From NCBI GenBank assembly GCA_030390025.1, contig CM059432.1:86616001-86680000 (forward strand): DNA of 64,000 bases, written 5' to 3'. This document shows, one piece after another, positions 1 through 11,300 of the stretch (its first letter is position 1; each line of letters starts with the position of its first letter). The position numbers and the translations under genes were made by a program. The stretch comes from Squalus acanthias (Eukaryota). The notes beneath the pieces were generated by a model that had not been told where the DNA came from, did not search any database, and saw only the letters and a program-made list of their open reading frames with translations.

Positions 1-1149
1 TTGTTAGAGTGTGCTTTCTCTGTTGAGAAAAATCCCTTGGCTTTCTCATCCAGTATACTGTAGATCTGCTCAAATAATATCTCATAGACATAGTCACGAG
101 ACTTCATAAACTGCACTAAGCTTTCTCAAGATTGTGCTCTCAACAGGGGAAAACCTCCTCCAACAAACAGTAATTATATAGTTATAAGTATGGTATGCTA
201 CAATTAATCTAAACACAATGAGCAGTATTATAATATTGACTTTTATTCCTATTCCTGGTCATTTAACTGAATAAAACACAGGTGATCAATATTTGTAATT
301 TTAACATTCAGTTCTGCAAAAAGCATCATAATGTTTTGGAAGTCTGACATATGAAAATGCTGTTTGAACATATATAGGACACATTTGGCTAACACTTGTG
401 CAGATTTATTTAATATACCATTAATCCCGGTTGCATTAAAGCTATCCACGGCACTGAAGTGATGTAAAGCTGAATTAGCCAGAAAACACTAAGCAACTGG
501 TATTACAGAACAATCAAAGAAACAGTTAAAATAATTAGTGTGACATGGATAAGAACAAACATTGTACGCATTCATTTCCATATTCTTTATAGTACAGAGG
601 ATTACTTTGTAGGGAAAGAATAACAAAAGCAATCCTTCATCACAAATCCTCTTTGCATTTTTTCCTACTTAAATCTTTCAGTTAGTATGAATAACCTGTT
701 GAAACTAGCACTTTGCTATGTCACCTGATCAGCAAAATACATATAATTAACCTTGATTGACCACTGAAGGTCAACAGAGTTCACATCACACTACATCAAA
801 CATGTAATACTTACATTCAAGACATCATGACTGCTTGTGAAGTATTTAACAACTTATAAATGTCTCAGAACACTTTACAAGGGGGAGAAATTGATATTGA
901 GCAGGAACTGAAGAAATTAAGGGAGAGACTAAAAGCAGTCAAAGGGTTAGGGTTTTAGAAGGCCTTTGAAGAGAAAGAGGCAGCAAAGTGGTTGGTGAAG
1001 GGAATTCAAGAGGGCAGGGGCAGAGCGCCTGCAAATGGAAGGTGCTGGAATAAACAGTAATGTTATAAGGTTTCAACTGGTAGAACCAAAGGTACTGAAA
1101 ATCTACAATTAATTCCAGATTTCAGAATGACAGAAGATTTGGAACAGGT

Positions 1150-1700
1150 TAATTGGTTAACCCCTGGATTGATTGGGTGGTGTTGAAACCAATGTAGAAT
1201 ATAAATAGAAAGTTTCTAAGAACAAAATAAAACAGGTGGGAGACAAATATGTGCCTAAAGTCAAAAGAAAGAAGTGCGGTAAGAAAAAGCCAAGGTGGCT
1301 GACTGGTCATGTACAAAAACAAATAAGATATAAACAAAACTGTTTCTACAAACTAAAGTCATAATACTCAACAAAACAAAGAAAGATACAAAGACACAAA
1401 GGAGTTATAGTAAAGTAATACAGCGAAAGGTAACTAAGATCCGCCAGCTAAATGATTAATGGAAAAAAAGATCGTAAACAATTGTGGTAGTAATGGGAAA
1501 AGCTTTTTCAGCTTGTGAAGAGTCAGAGAACTATCAAAGACTGTATTGAGCCATTGAAGGATGCTCAAGGACAGGTGACAAAGGACTCGAGTGGTATAGC
1601 AGAAATACTAAATGAGCAGTTTGCATCGGTCTTTACTCTTGAAGATGATGCTCGACTATCAGAATTTTATTATGCTGTTTACAATAAAACTGTTAATATT
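1150..1700 (+). mobile_element. Degraded CR1-like LINE ORF2 linker fragment
   Basis: The ORF 1515 N-terminus (IEPLKDAQG...AEILNEQFASVFT) is typical of the CR1 EN-RT linker. Boundaries are approximate. Confidence 0.6.
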
Positions 1701-1706
1701 AAATTA

Positions 1707-3245
1707 CGTGATATCAAGAAATGGCTGAGCGCACTGGATACAGCAAAGGCTGTGGGCCCCGACAACATCCCGGCTGTCATGCTGAAGACTTCTGCTCCAG
1801 AACTAGCCGTGCCTCTAGCCAAGCTGTTCCAGTACAGCTACAACACTGGCATCTATCCGACAATGTGGAAAACTGCCCAGGTATGTCCTGTCCACAAAAA
1901 GTAGGACAAATCCAATCCGGCCAATTACCGCCCCATCAGTCTACTCTCAATCATCAGCAAAATGATGGAAGGCATCATCGACAGTGCTATCAAGCAGCAC
2001 TTAATCACCAATAACCTGCTTACTGATGCCCAGTTTGGGTTCCACCAAGACCACTCGGCTCTCATTACAGCATTGGTGCAAACATGGACAAAAGAGCTTA
2101 ATTCCCGAGGTAAGGTGAGAGTGACTGCCCTTGACATCAAAGCAGCATTTGATCAAGTGTGGCATCAAGGAGCCCGATCAAAACTGAAGTCAATGGGAAT
2201 CGGGGGGAAAACTCTCCACTGGCTGGAGTCATACCTAGCACAAAGGAAGATGTTTGTGGTGGTTGGAGCTCAATCATCACAGCCCCAGGATATCGTTGCA
2301 GGAGTTCCTCAGGGCAGTGCCCTCGGCCCAACCATCTTCAGCTGCTTCATCAATGACCTTCCCTGCAACATAAGGTCAGAAATGGGGATGTTCGCTGATG
2401 ACTGCACAGTGTTCAGTGCCATTCACAACTCCTCAGATAATGAAGCAGTCCATGTCCGTGTGCAACAAGACCTGGACGACGTTCAGGCTTGGGCTGATAA
2501 GTGGCAGATAACATTCGCGCCACACAAGTGCCAGGCAATGACTATCTCCAATGAGCGAGAGTCTAACCACCATCCCTTGACATTCGCCGAATCCCCCACC
2601 ATCAACATCCCGGGGGTCACCATTGACCAGAAACTTAACTGGACCAGCCACATAAATACTCTGGCTACAAGAGCAGATCAGAGGCTAGGTATTCTGCGGC
2701 GAGTGTCTCACCTCCTGACTCCCCAAAGCCTTTCCACCACCTACAAGGCACAAGTAAGGAGTGTGAATACTCTCCACTTGCCTGGATGAGTGCAGCTCCA
2801 ACAACACTCAAGAAGCTCGACACCATCCAGGACAAAGCAACCCGTTTGATTGGCACCCCATCGACCACCTTAAACATTCACTCTCTCCACCACCGGCGTA
2901 CCGTCGCTGCAGTGTGTACCATCTACAAGATGCACTGCAGCAACCCGCCAAGGCTTCTTCGGCAGCACCTACCAAACCCGCGACCTCTTCAAAAGGACAA
3001 GGGCAGCAAGCGCATGGGAACACCTCCACCTCCAAGTACCCCTCCAAGTCACACACCATCCTGACTTGAAAGTATATCGCCGTTCCTGGGTCAAAATCCT
3101 GGAACTCCCTCCCTAACAGCACTGTGGGAGTACCTTAACCACACGGACTGCAGCGGTTCAAGAAGGCTGCTCACCACCACATTCTCAAGGGCAATTAGGG
3201 ATAGGCAATAAATGTTGGCCTTGCCAGCGATGCCTACATCCCGTC
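1707..3245 (+). mobile_element. 5'-truncated non-LTR retrotransposon (jockey/CR1-group, 'family A'), RT + 3' UTR
   Basis: RT motifs NYRPISL, QFGF, LDIKAAFD, GVPQGS, FADD; contains stops and frameshifts; family 3' end ...caagggcaattagggataggcaataaatg. Homologous copies lie at 19279 and 35722. Confidence 0.9.
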
Positions 3246-3254
3246 AAAAGCAGT

Positions 3255-3675
3255 GCGGAGGACCAAAACTCCTTAGGACAGCGTTAAATCTCTCCAGATG
3301 TCTCTCTCCCTCTCAACCTGCGTGTACCAAAAATTTTGGCGACAAGAAAAAGCAGGAAGCGCACGCCTTTAAATAGTGCTCCCCCAGCCCCTTCCCGACT
3401 TGAAAACGTTCCCCTCTGCCTGTCGTTCCTAGCGGCAGGCGCTAAGTCAGGGGGCGCGACTCAATTTCCAGTCCGGGGTGCTGCATGCTCGTCTGACGTC
3501 ACGATCTGCGGGCGCAGGAGATCGTGGCGGTAGTGTTTAGCGCCAGAGCAAAGCGACTGGTCAATTTCACAAGCAGCGCTAAAATCGCTGCGCTCGGGCG
3601 CTAAGTTCCTAGCGCCCCATTAGCACCCCCCAGAGGCGCTAACGGGAGGCGCTAACCAACCGAATTTTTCTCCCT
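3255..3675. mobile_element. Terminal fragment of a Harbinger-like DNA transposon
   Basis: CpG-rich. Shares the layout cctttaaata...gacgtcacgatc...aatttttctccc with the right end of the 54586-58110 element. Confidence 0.5.
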
Positions 3676-4247
3676 TTGTATGTTAATAATGCTCTTTCTT
3701 TTCTGCTCCATCTGCTCTTTATATGGCCTGTAGAGGGCATGTGATTGGTTATTAGTATTACTATATGACCTAAAGAGCAGAGTCGAGAATGACATTTTAA
3801 TGGGCTGGATTTTACTTAGCAGCAGCGCATGGTTTGGGAGTGCGTGGGTTTGGGAGCGGGTGGGGGGGTTAAAACCGGCGAAATTGACAGCACATCGGGA
3901 AGGCGGCACCAACGTGCCAACTTCCGGGTTTCACTGTAGCATGTTAGGCTGTGTGCGAGCAACCCCCTCGGGAGAGGTGTGTTGCCACTTAACCTATATT
4001 AATAGCTCAATTAGAGCAATACTGACAGGGGTTTTTAACTTTACCTTTGGGTCCATGGGTTTCCCGGGCTTCCTGGAACTCGCCAGTGAAAGCAAGGCAA
4101 CAACACAGTGGCAATTGAGGGGGCAGAGGCCAGGTCAGGGAAAAATGCCAATAAGTACCCAGTACTGACGGCTGCTTTCTTATCTGCTTGTGGGGAAGGG
4201 TTTGTTCACAGTACTTGTGAGCGGTTACTTTACATACTTGGAGGTTT

Positions 4248-7200
4248 CATAAGAACATAAGAATTAGGAGCAGGAGTAGGCCATACGGCCCCCCCAAGCC
4301 TGCTCTGCCATTCAATAAGATCATGGTTAATCTTCGACCTCAACTCCACTTTCCCACCCGATCTCCATATCCCTTGATTCCCCTAGAGTCCAAAAATCTA
4401 TCAATATCACCCTTGAATACACTCAACAATTCAGCATCCACAGCCCTTTGGGGTAGAGAATTCCAAAGATTCACAACCCTCTGAGTGAAGAAATTCCTCA
4501 TCTCAGTCTTAAGTAGTCGACCCCTTATCCTGAGACTATGCCCCCTAGTTCTAGACTCTCCAGCCAGGGGAAACAACCTCTCAGCATTTACCCGGTCAAT
4601 GCCCCTCAGAATCTTACATGTTTCAATGAGATCACCTCTCATTCATCTAAACTCCAGAGAGTATAGGCTCAATCTCTCCTCCTAGGACAAACCTCTCATC
4701 CCAGGAATCAATCTAGCGAACCTTCGTTGCACCGCCTCCAAGGCAAGTATATCCTTCCTCAGATAAGGAGACCAAAGCTGTGCACAGTACTCCAGGTGTG
4801 GTCTCACCAAAGCCCTGAACAATTGTAGCAAGACTTCCTTATTCTTGTACTCCAACCCCCTTGCAATAAAGGCCAACATGCCATTTACCTTCCTAATTGC
4901 TTGCTGTACCTGCATGCTAACTTTCTGTACCAGGACACCTAAATCTCTCCAAACATCAACATTTAATAGTTTCTCACCATTTAAAAAATATTCTGTTTTT
5001 CTATTCTTCCTACCAAAATGAATAACCTCACATTTCCCACATTATACTTCATCTGCCACCTTATTGCCCACTCACTTAACCTGTCTATATCCCTTTGAAG
5101 GCTCTTTGTGTCCTCATTACAGCTTACTTTCCCACCTAGATGTAATATCTCCAAGTTTGCAGATGACACAAAGCTGGGTGGGCGTGTGTGCTGTGAGGAG
5201 GATGCCGAGAAACTCCAGGATGATTTGGACAGGTTGGGTGATTGGGCAGAAGCATGGCAGATGCAATATAACGTGGATAAATGCGAGGTTATCCACTTTG
5301 GTGTCAAAAACAGGAAGGCAGATTATTATCTGAATGGCAATAGATTGGGAGAAGGGGAAGTGCAACGAGACCTGGGTGTCCTTGTGCACCAGTCGCTGAA
5401 GGTAAGCATGCAGGTGCAGCAGGCGGTTAAGAAGGCAAATGGTATGTTGGCCTTCGTAGCGAGAGGGTTTGAGTACAGGAACAAGGATGTCTTGCTGCAG
5501 TTGTACAGGGCCTTGGTGAGACCACATCTTGAGTATTGTGTGCAGTTTTGGTCGCCTTATCTGAGGAAGGAGGTTCTTGCCATGGAAGGAGTTCAGCGAA
5601 GATTCACCAGGCTGATACCTGGGATGGCAGGAATGACGTATGAGGAGAGATTGGGTCGATTGGGCTTATACTCGCTGGAGTTTAGAAGAATGAGAGGGGA
5701 TCTCATTGAAACTTATAACATTCTGACAGGACTGGACAGACTAGATGCAGGAAGGATGTTCCTGATGGTCGGGGAGTCCAGAACCAGGGGTCACAGTCTA
5801 AGGATAAGGGGTAAGCCATTTAGGACAGAAATGAGGAGGAATTTCTTCACCCAGAGAGTGGTGAACCTGTGGAATTCTCTACCACAGAAGGTAGTAGAGG
5901 CCAATTCATTAAATATATTCAAGAAGGAGTTGGATATATTTCTTAAGGCTAAAGGGATCAAGGGATATGGGGAGAAAGCAGGGAAAGGGTTCTGAATTTG
6001 GATGATCAGCCATGATCGCATTGAATGGCGGAGCAGGCTCGAGGGGCCGAATGGCCTACTCCTGCTCCTATCTTCTATGTTTCTAGCTTTGTATCATCAG
6101 CAAACTTGGATACATTACACGCGGTCCCTTCATCTAAGTCATTAATATAAATTGTAAATAGCTGAGGCCCAAGCACCGATCCTTGTGGCACCCCACTAGT
6201 TACAGCCTGCCAACCTGAAAATGACTTGTTTATCCCTACTCTCTGTTTTCTGTCCGTTAACTAATCCTCTATCCATGCTAATATATTACCCCCAATCCCA
6301 TGAGTCCTTATTTAACAACCATTTATGTGGCACCTTATCGAATGCCTTTTTGAAATCCAAATGCACTACATCCACTGGTTCTCCTTTATCTACCCTGCTA
6401 GTTACATCCTCAAAAAACTGTAATAAATTTGTTAGACGATTTGCTTTCATAAAACCATATTGACTCTGCCTAATCATATGATTTTCTAAGCGCCCTGTTA
6501 CCACTTCCTTAATAATGCATTTTCCTGACAACTGATGTCAGGCTAACTGGCCTGTAGTTCCCTGTTTTCTCTCTCCCTCCTTTCTTGTAGAGCGAGGCTA
6601 CGTTTGCTACCTTCCAATCCACTGGGACCATTCTAGAATCCAGGGAATTTTGAAAGATCACAACCAATGCATCCACTATCTCTGCAGCCACTTCTTTTAG
6701 AATCCTAGGATGTAGGCCATCAGGTCCTGGGGATTTGTCAGCTTTTAGTCCCATTAGTTTCTCAAGTACTTTTTCTCTACTGATCTTAATTACTTTAAGT
6801 TCCTCACTCTCATTAGCCCCTTGGTTCCCCACTATTTTTGGTATGCTTTGTGTGTCTTCTACTGTGAAGACAGACACAAAATATTTGTTTAAAGTCTCTG
6901 CTATTTCCTTATTCCCCCATTATAATTTCTCCTGTCTCAGCTTCTAAGGGACCAAAGCTTACTTTTGCTTCTCCCTTCCTTTTCACTTACTTGTAGAAGC
7001 TCTTACAATCTGTTTTTATATTTCTTGCTAGTTTACTCTCATTCTATTTTCTCCCTTTTTATCAACTTTTTGGTCAACCTTTGCTGGTTTCTAAAGCTCT
7101 CCCAATCCTCAGTCTTACTCCTATTCTTCGCAACATTATAAGCCTCTTCTTTTAATCTAATACTATCCTTAACTTCTTTAAGTAGCCACGGATGGATCAC

Positions 7201-7350
7201 TTTTCCCGTGGAGTTTTTATTTCTCAATGGAATGTATATTCGTTGAGAATTTTGGAACATTTCTTTAAGTGCTTGTTACTGCTTATCTACTGTCATACAT
7301 TTTAATGTAATTTCCCAATCTACCTTAGCCAACTCACCCCTCATATCTAC
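4248..7350 (-). mobile_element. CR1 LINE (outer copy 1), ORF2 RT + 3' UTR, interrupted at 5140-6086
   Basis: Tail repeat (ttcttatg)n at ~4250; C-terminal ORF2 peptides LVRPHLEYCAQ and RTRGHSL; RT peptides NYRPVSLTSVV and LDFKKAFDKVPH. The sequence resumes in register at 6087. Confidence 0.92.
5140..6086 (+). mobile_element. 5'-truncated, young CR1 (HER1-like) LINE inserted antisense into outer CR1
   Basis: Uninterrupted ORF2 C-terminus ([12 protein letters not shown]...KGIKGYGEKAG*), 3' UTR and ttctatgtttct tail. CTAG is duplicated at 5136-5139 and 6083-6086. Confidence 0.93.
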
Positions 7351-10300
7351 ATAGGAACAGGAGTAGGCCATTCAGCCCCTTGAGCCTGTTCCGCCATTCG
7401 ATTAGATCATGGCTGATCTGCGATCTAACTCCATATACCCGCCTTTGGCCCATATCCCTTAATACCTTTGATTAACAAAAAGCTATCAATCTCAGATTTA
7501 AAATTAACAATTGATCTAGCATCAATTGCTGTTTGTGGAAGAGAGTTTCAAACTTCTACCACCCTTTGTGTGTAGCAGTGTTTCCTAATTTCACTCCTGA
7601 AAGGTCTGGCTCTAATTTTTAGACTATGCCCCCTAGTCCTAGACTCCCCAACCAGTGGAAATAGTTTCTCTCTATCGACCCTATCTGTTCCCCTTAATAT
7701 CCTGAAAACTTCGATCAGATCACCCCTTAACCTTCTAAATTCTAGGGAATATAATCCTAATTTGTGTAATCTCTCCACGTAACTTAACCCTTGAAGTCCG
7801 GGTATCATTCTGGTAAAACTACGCTGCACTCCCTCCAAGGCCAATATATCCTTCCTAAGGTGTGGTGCCCAGAACTGCTCACCGTGCTCCAGGTCATAGA
7901 GTCATAGAATAATAACGGCACAGAAGGAGGCCATTCGGCCCATCGAGTCCGTGCCGGCTCTCTGTAGAGCAATCCAGTCAGTCCCATTTCCCCGCTCTAT
8001 CCTCGTAGCCCTGCAAGTTTATTTCCCTCAAGTGCCTATCCAGTCTCCCCTTGAAAACATTGAGTGTCTCCGCTTCCACCACTTCCGTCGGCAGCGAGTT
8101 CCAGGTCCTCACCACTCGCTGCGTACAAAAGTTTTTCCTCACATCCCCCCTGTATCTCTTACCCAAAACCTTAAATCTGTGTCACCTAGTCCTTGTACCA
8201 TCAACTAGTGGCAACAGCCTTTCCCTGTCTAGCCTATCCAAACCCGTCATAATCTTGTACACCTCCATCAAATCACTCCTCAACCTCCTTTGCTCTAATG
8301 AAAACAAATCCAGCTTCTCCAACCTGTCCTTGTACCTAAGATTCCCCATCCCCGGAACCATTGTGATAAATCTCCTCTGCACCCTTTCAAGTGCCTACAC
8401 ATCCCTCCTAAAGTGTGGTGACCAGAACTGGACGCAATACTCCAGTTGTGGCCTAACCAACGCTTTATAATTTCTCTACTTTTGTACTCAATACCTCTAT
8501 TAATGAAGCCCAAGATCCCATATGCTTTGCTAACCACTCTCTCAATATGTCCCGCCACCTTCAGGGACCTATGCACATTAACTTCCAAGTCCCTCTGTCC
8601 CTGCACACTCTTTAAAACTGTGCCACTAAGTATATATTGCCTCTCCCTGTTCCTTCTGCCAAAATGCACCACCTCACACTTCTCTGTATTAAATTCCATC
8701 TGCCACTTGTCTGCCCATTCTGCTAGCCTTTCTATGTCCTGTTGCAGTCGATTGGTATCATCCTCACTGTTTGCCACACCCCCAAGTTTGGTGTCATCGG
8801 CAAATTTAGAAATTCTACTCTGTATTCTAATATCCAGGTCATTTATATATATCAAAAAAAGCAGTGGCCCCAGCACTGACCCTTGGGGAACACCACTGTC
8901 TACCATCCTCCAGTCTGAAAAACAGCCATTTACCACAACTCGCTGTTTTCTGTCCTTAAGCCAACTCCTTATCCAAGCTGCCACTGACCCACCTATTCCA
9001 CGAGCCTTCTATGTGGTACTTTGTCAAATGCCTTCCGAAAATCCATGTAGACAACATCCATTGCATTCCCTTCATCAATCCTCCCTGTTACTTCATCAAA
9101 AAATTCAATTAGATTAGTCAAACACAATCTGCCTTTTACAAATCCGTGTTGGCTCTCCTTAATTAGCTTAAACCTCTCCAAGTGCCCGTTAATTTTTTCC
9201 TTGATTATTGTTTCTAAAACTTTACCCACCACTGATGTTAAACTGAGCGGCCTGTAGTTACTAGGATTGTCCTTGCACCCTTTCTTGAACAATGGTATTT
9301 TTCCTGTCAGTCTTTGGTTCCATTTCACCCTGGCTAGATCCTTTCACATCCCATTGAAGTTAGCCCTATTCCAGTTTAGAAGTTCCACTCTAGATTTTTC
9401 CTTGCTCCTCTCCATTGCTAATCTAAATCTTATGATACGATGATCACTCATACCCAAGTGTTCTCCCAGACACTTGGTCAACCTGGTCCACCTCATTCCC
9501 CAGCACCAGATCCAGCAATGCTTCCTTCCTAGTTGGGCCAAGAACATACTGGTCAAGGAAATTCTCCTGAACACATTTCAGAAATTCCTCCCCCTCCTTT
9601 CCCTTTACCCTAGCACTATCCCAATCGATATCTGGGTAATTAAAGTCCCCCAATATCACCACTCTATAGCTCTTGCATATCTCTGCGATTTCCCTGCAGA
9701 TTTGCTCCTCTACCTCCCTCTCACTATTTGGAGGCCTGTAGAATACCCCCAATAGCGTAATCATACCCTTTTTGCTCCTCAACTCTAACCAAATGGATTC
9801 TGTCCTTGTCCCCTCAAGAACATCCTCCCTTTCCAACACTACAATGTCTTCCTTAATCAGCACTGCCACCCCACCTCCCTTTTTTCCTTCCCTATCTTTT
9901 CTGAACACCTTGTATCTTTGAATATTAAGTGCCCAGTCCTCACTGTTTTTAAGCCACGTTTCCGTTATTGCCACATCATATTGCCAGACGGCTAATTGTG
10001 CTTGTAGCTCACCAACCTTATTCACCACACTTTGTGCATTTACGTACATGCATTCTAAACCCATTTTTGAATTTTTCGTAATCTTTTTTAGTCTGCTCCT
10101 ATCTAATATGGTACTACTTCTGCCTCTAATACTACTTTCTTCTCTAGTACTATCCAACACACTCACTCTTTTATGCACCTTATTCTTCTTTTCTACTCCT
10201 ATATGCTGGTGCCCATCCCCCTGTGTGTGGACTTGGTGTAGTCTAACCAGCGTTTTGTACAGCTGCAACATAACCTCTGCCCCCTTGTATTCTCGTCCTC

Positions 10301-11150
10301 TAGATATAAAGGTCAGCATTCCATTAGCCTTTTTGATTATTTTCTGTACCTGTTCATGACATTTTAATGATCTATGTATCTGGACCCCCAAGTCTCTTTG
10401 GACCTCCACTGTTTTTAGCTTTTCACCATTTAGAAAGTACCCTGTTCTATCCTTTTTAGGTTCAAAGTGAATGACCTCACATTTGCCTACATTGAAATCC
10501 ATTTGCCACAGTTTTGCCCATTCACTTAATCTATCAATATCCCTTTGTAATTTTATGCTTTCACCTACACTCCCTACAATGCCGCCTGTCTTTGTGTCAT
10601 CGGCAAATTTGGATATATGACTTTCTATGCCATCATCTAAGTCATTAATAAATATTCTGAATAGTTGAGGCCTCAATACAGATCCCTGTAGGACACCACT
10701 AGTAACATCCTGCCAATTTGAGTACCTACCCATTATCCCTACTCTCTGTCCCACTGTCCACAAACTCTCACATACTGCAGTCCAGACACACGCCTACCCT
10801 GCCATATCTTAGTCTAACCTTATTTTATTTATTTAATTAGATATAGTCTTTATTCAACGATTATTTATAGTTATAATAATTAGTTTAACTAGTTAAGTTA
10901 TAAATTTAATAAAGTGCGTTATAGTTTCCCACTACAAGTTTAAACTACTGTCCTAGCTTAGAGAGAAAAACCGCTAATACTCACCAACCAATCACCTACC
11001 TGCTGTCCTGTGACTTCACTCCTTGGTTTTTGTTGTTGTTGAAATCGTCGGAGGTGCTGCCCCCTCCGGTGCTGCCGCTCAGGTCCACGCTGTCCTCCTC
11101 TGCTGTTTTAAACCTTGCCACCTCCTCACTGCTGCCACCTACGTAATTGG
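7350..11150 (-). mobile_element. CR1 LINE (copy 2): 3' part 7350-7894, RT part 10235-10760, 5' UTR/ORF1 start ~10760-11150; large internal deletion
   Basis: 3' UTR at 7350; RT segment VLQGSVL...[12 protein letters not shown]1-like start ATGGCAGGG...TGCAGTATGTGAGAG (decayed CxxCxMWE motif) joined directly to the RT region. Interrupted by copy 3. Confidence 0.8.
7895..10234 (-). mobile_element. CR1 LINE (copy 3): end of ORF1, APE endonuclease and RT with internal deletions, nested in copy 2
   Basis: Tail (ctatga)n at 7895; EN motifs YVNAQS, AITETWL, GGGVA, GVFYRPP, GDFNYP; RT motifs [10 protein letters not shown] and FADD. GGT is duplicated at 7892-7894 and 10235-10237. Confidence 0.9.
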
Positions 11151-11184
11151 CTTCATTTAAGTTTATGACTCTAGCTTTGGACTC

Positions 11185-11300
11185 AAGGATTGCAAGGCAA
11201 AAGGGAGATGATAATGGGACAAGTAAAGAAACAAAAGATGGGTCTAGAGGAGGTGTAAATGGCAACAGCAATAGTGGTTCTGATGATCATAACCAACACT
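11185..11300 (-). mobile_element. Penelope-like element 3' UTR fragment
   Basis: Near-identical to 23160-23250 (gggacaagtaaagaaacaaaagatgggtct...aggaggtgtaaatgg). Confidence 0.75.
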
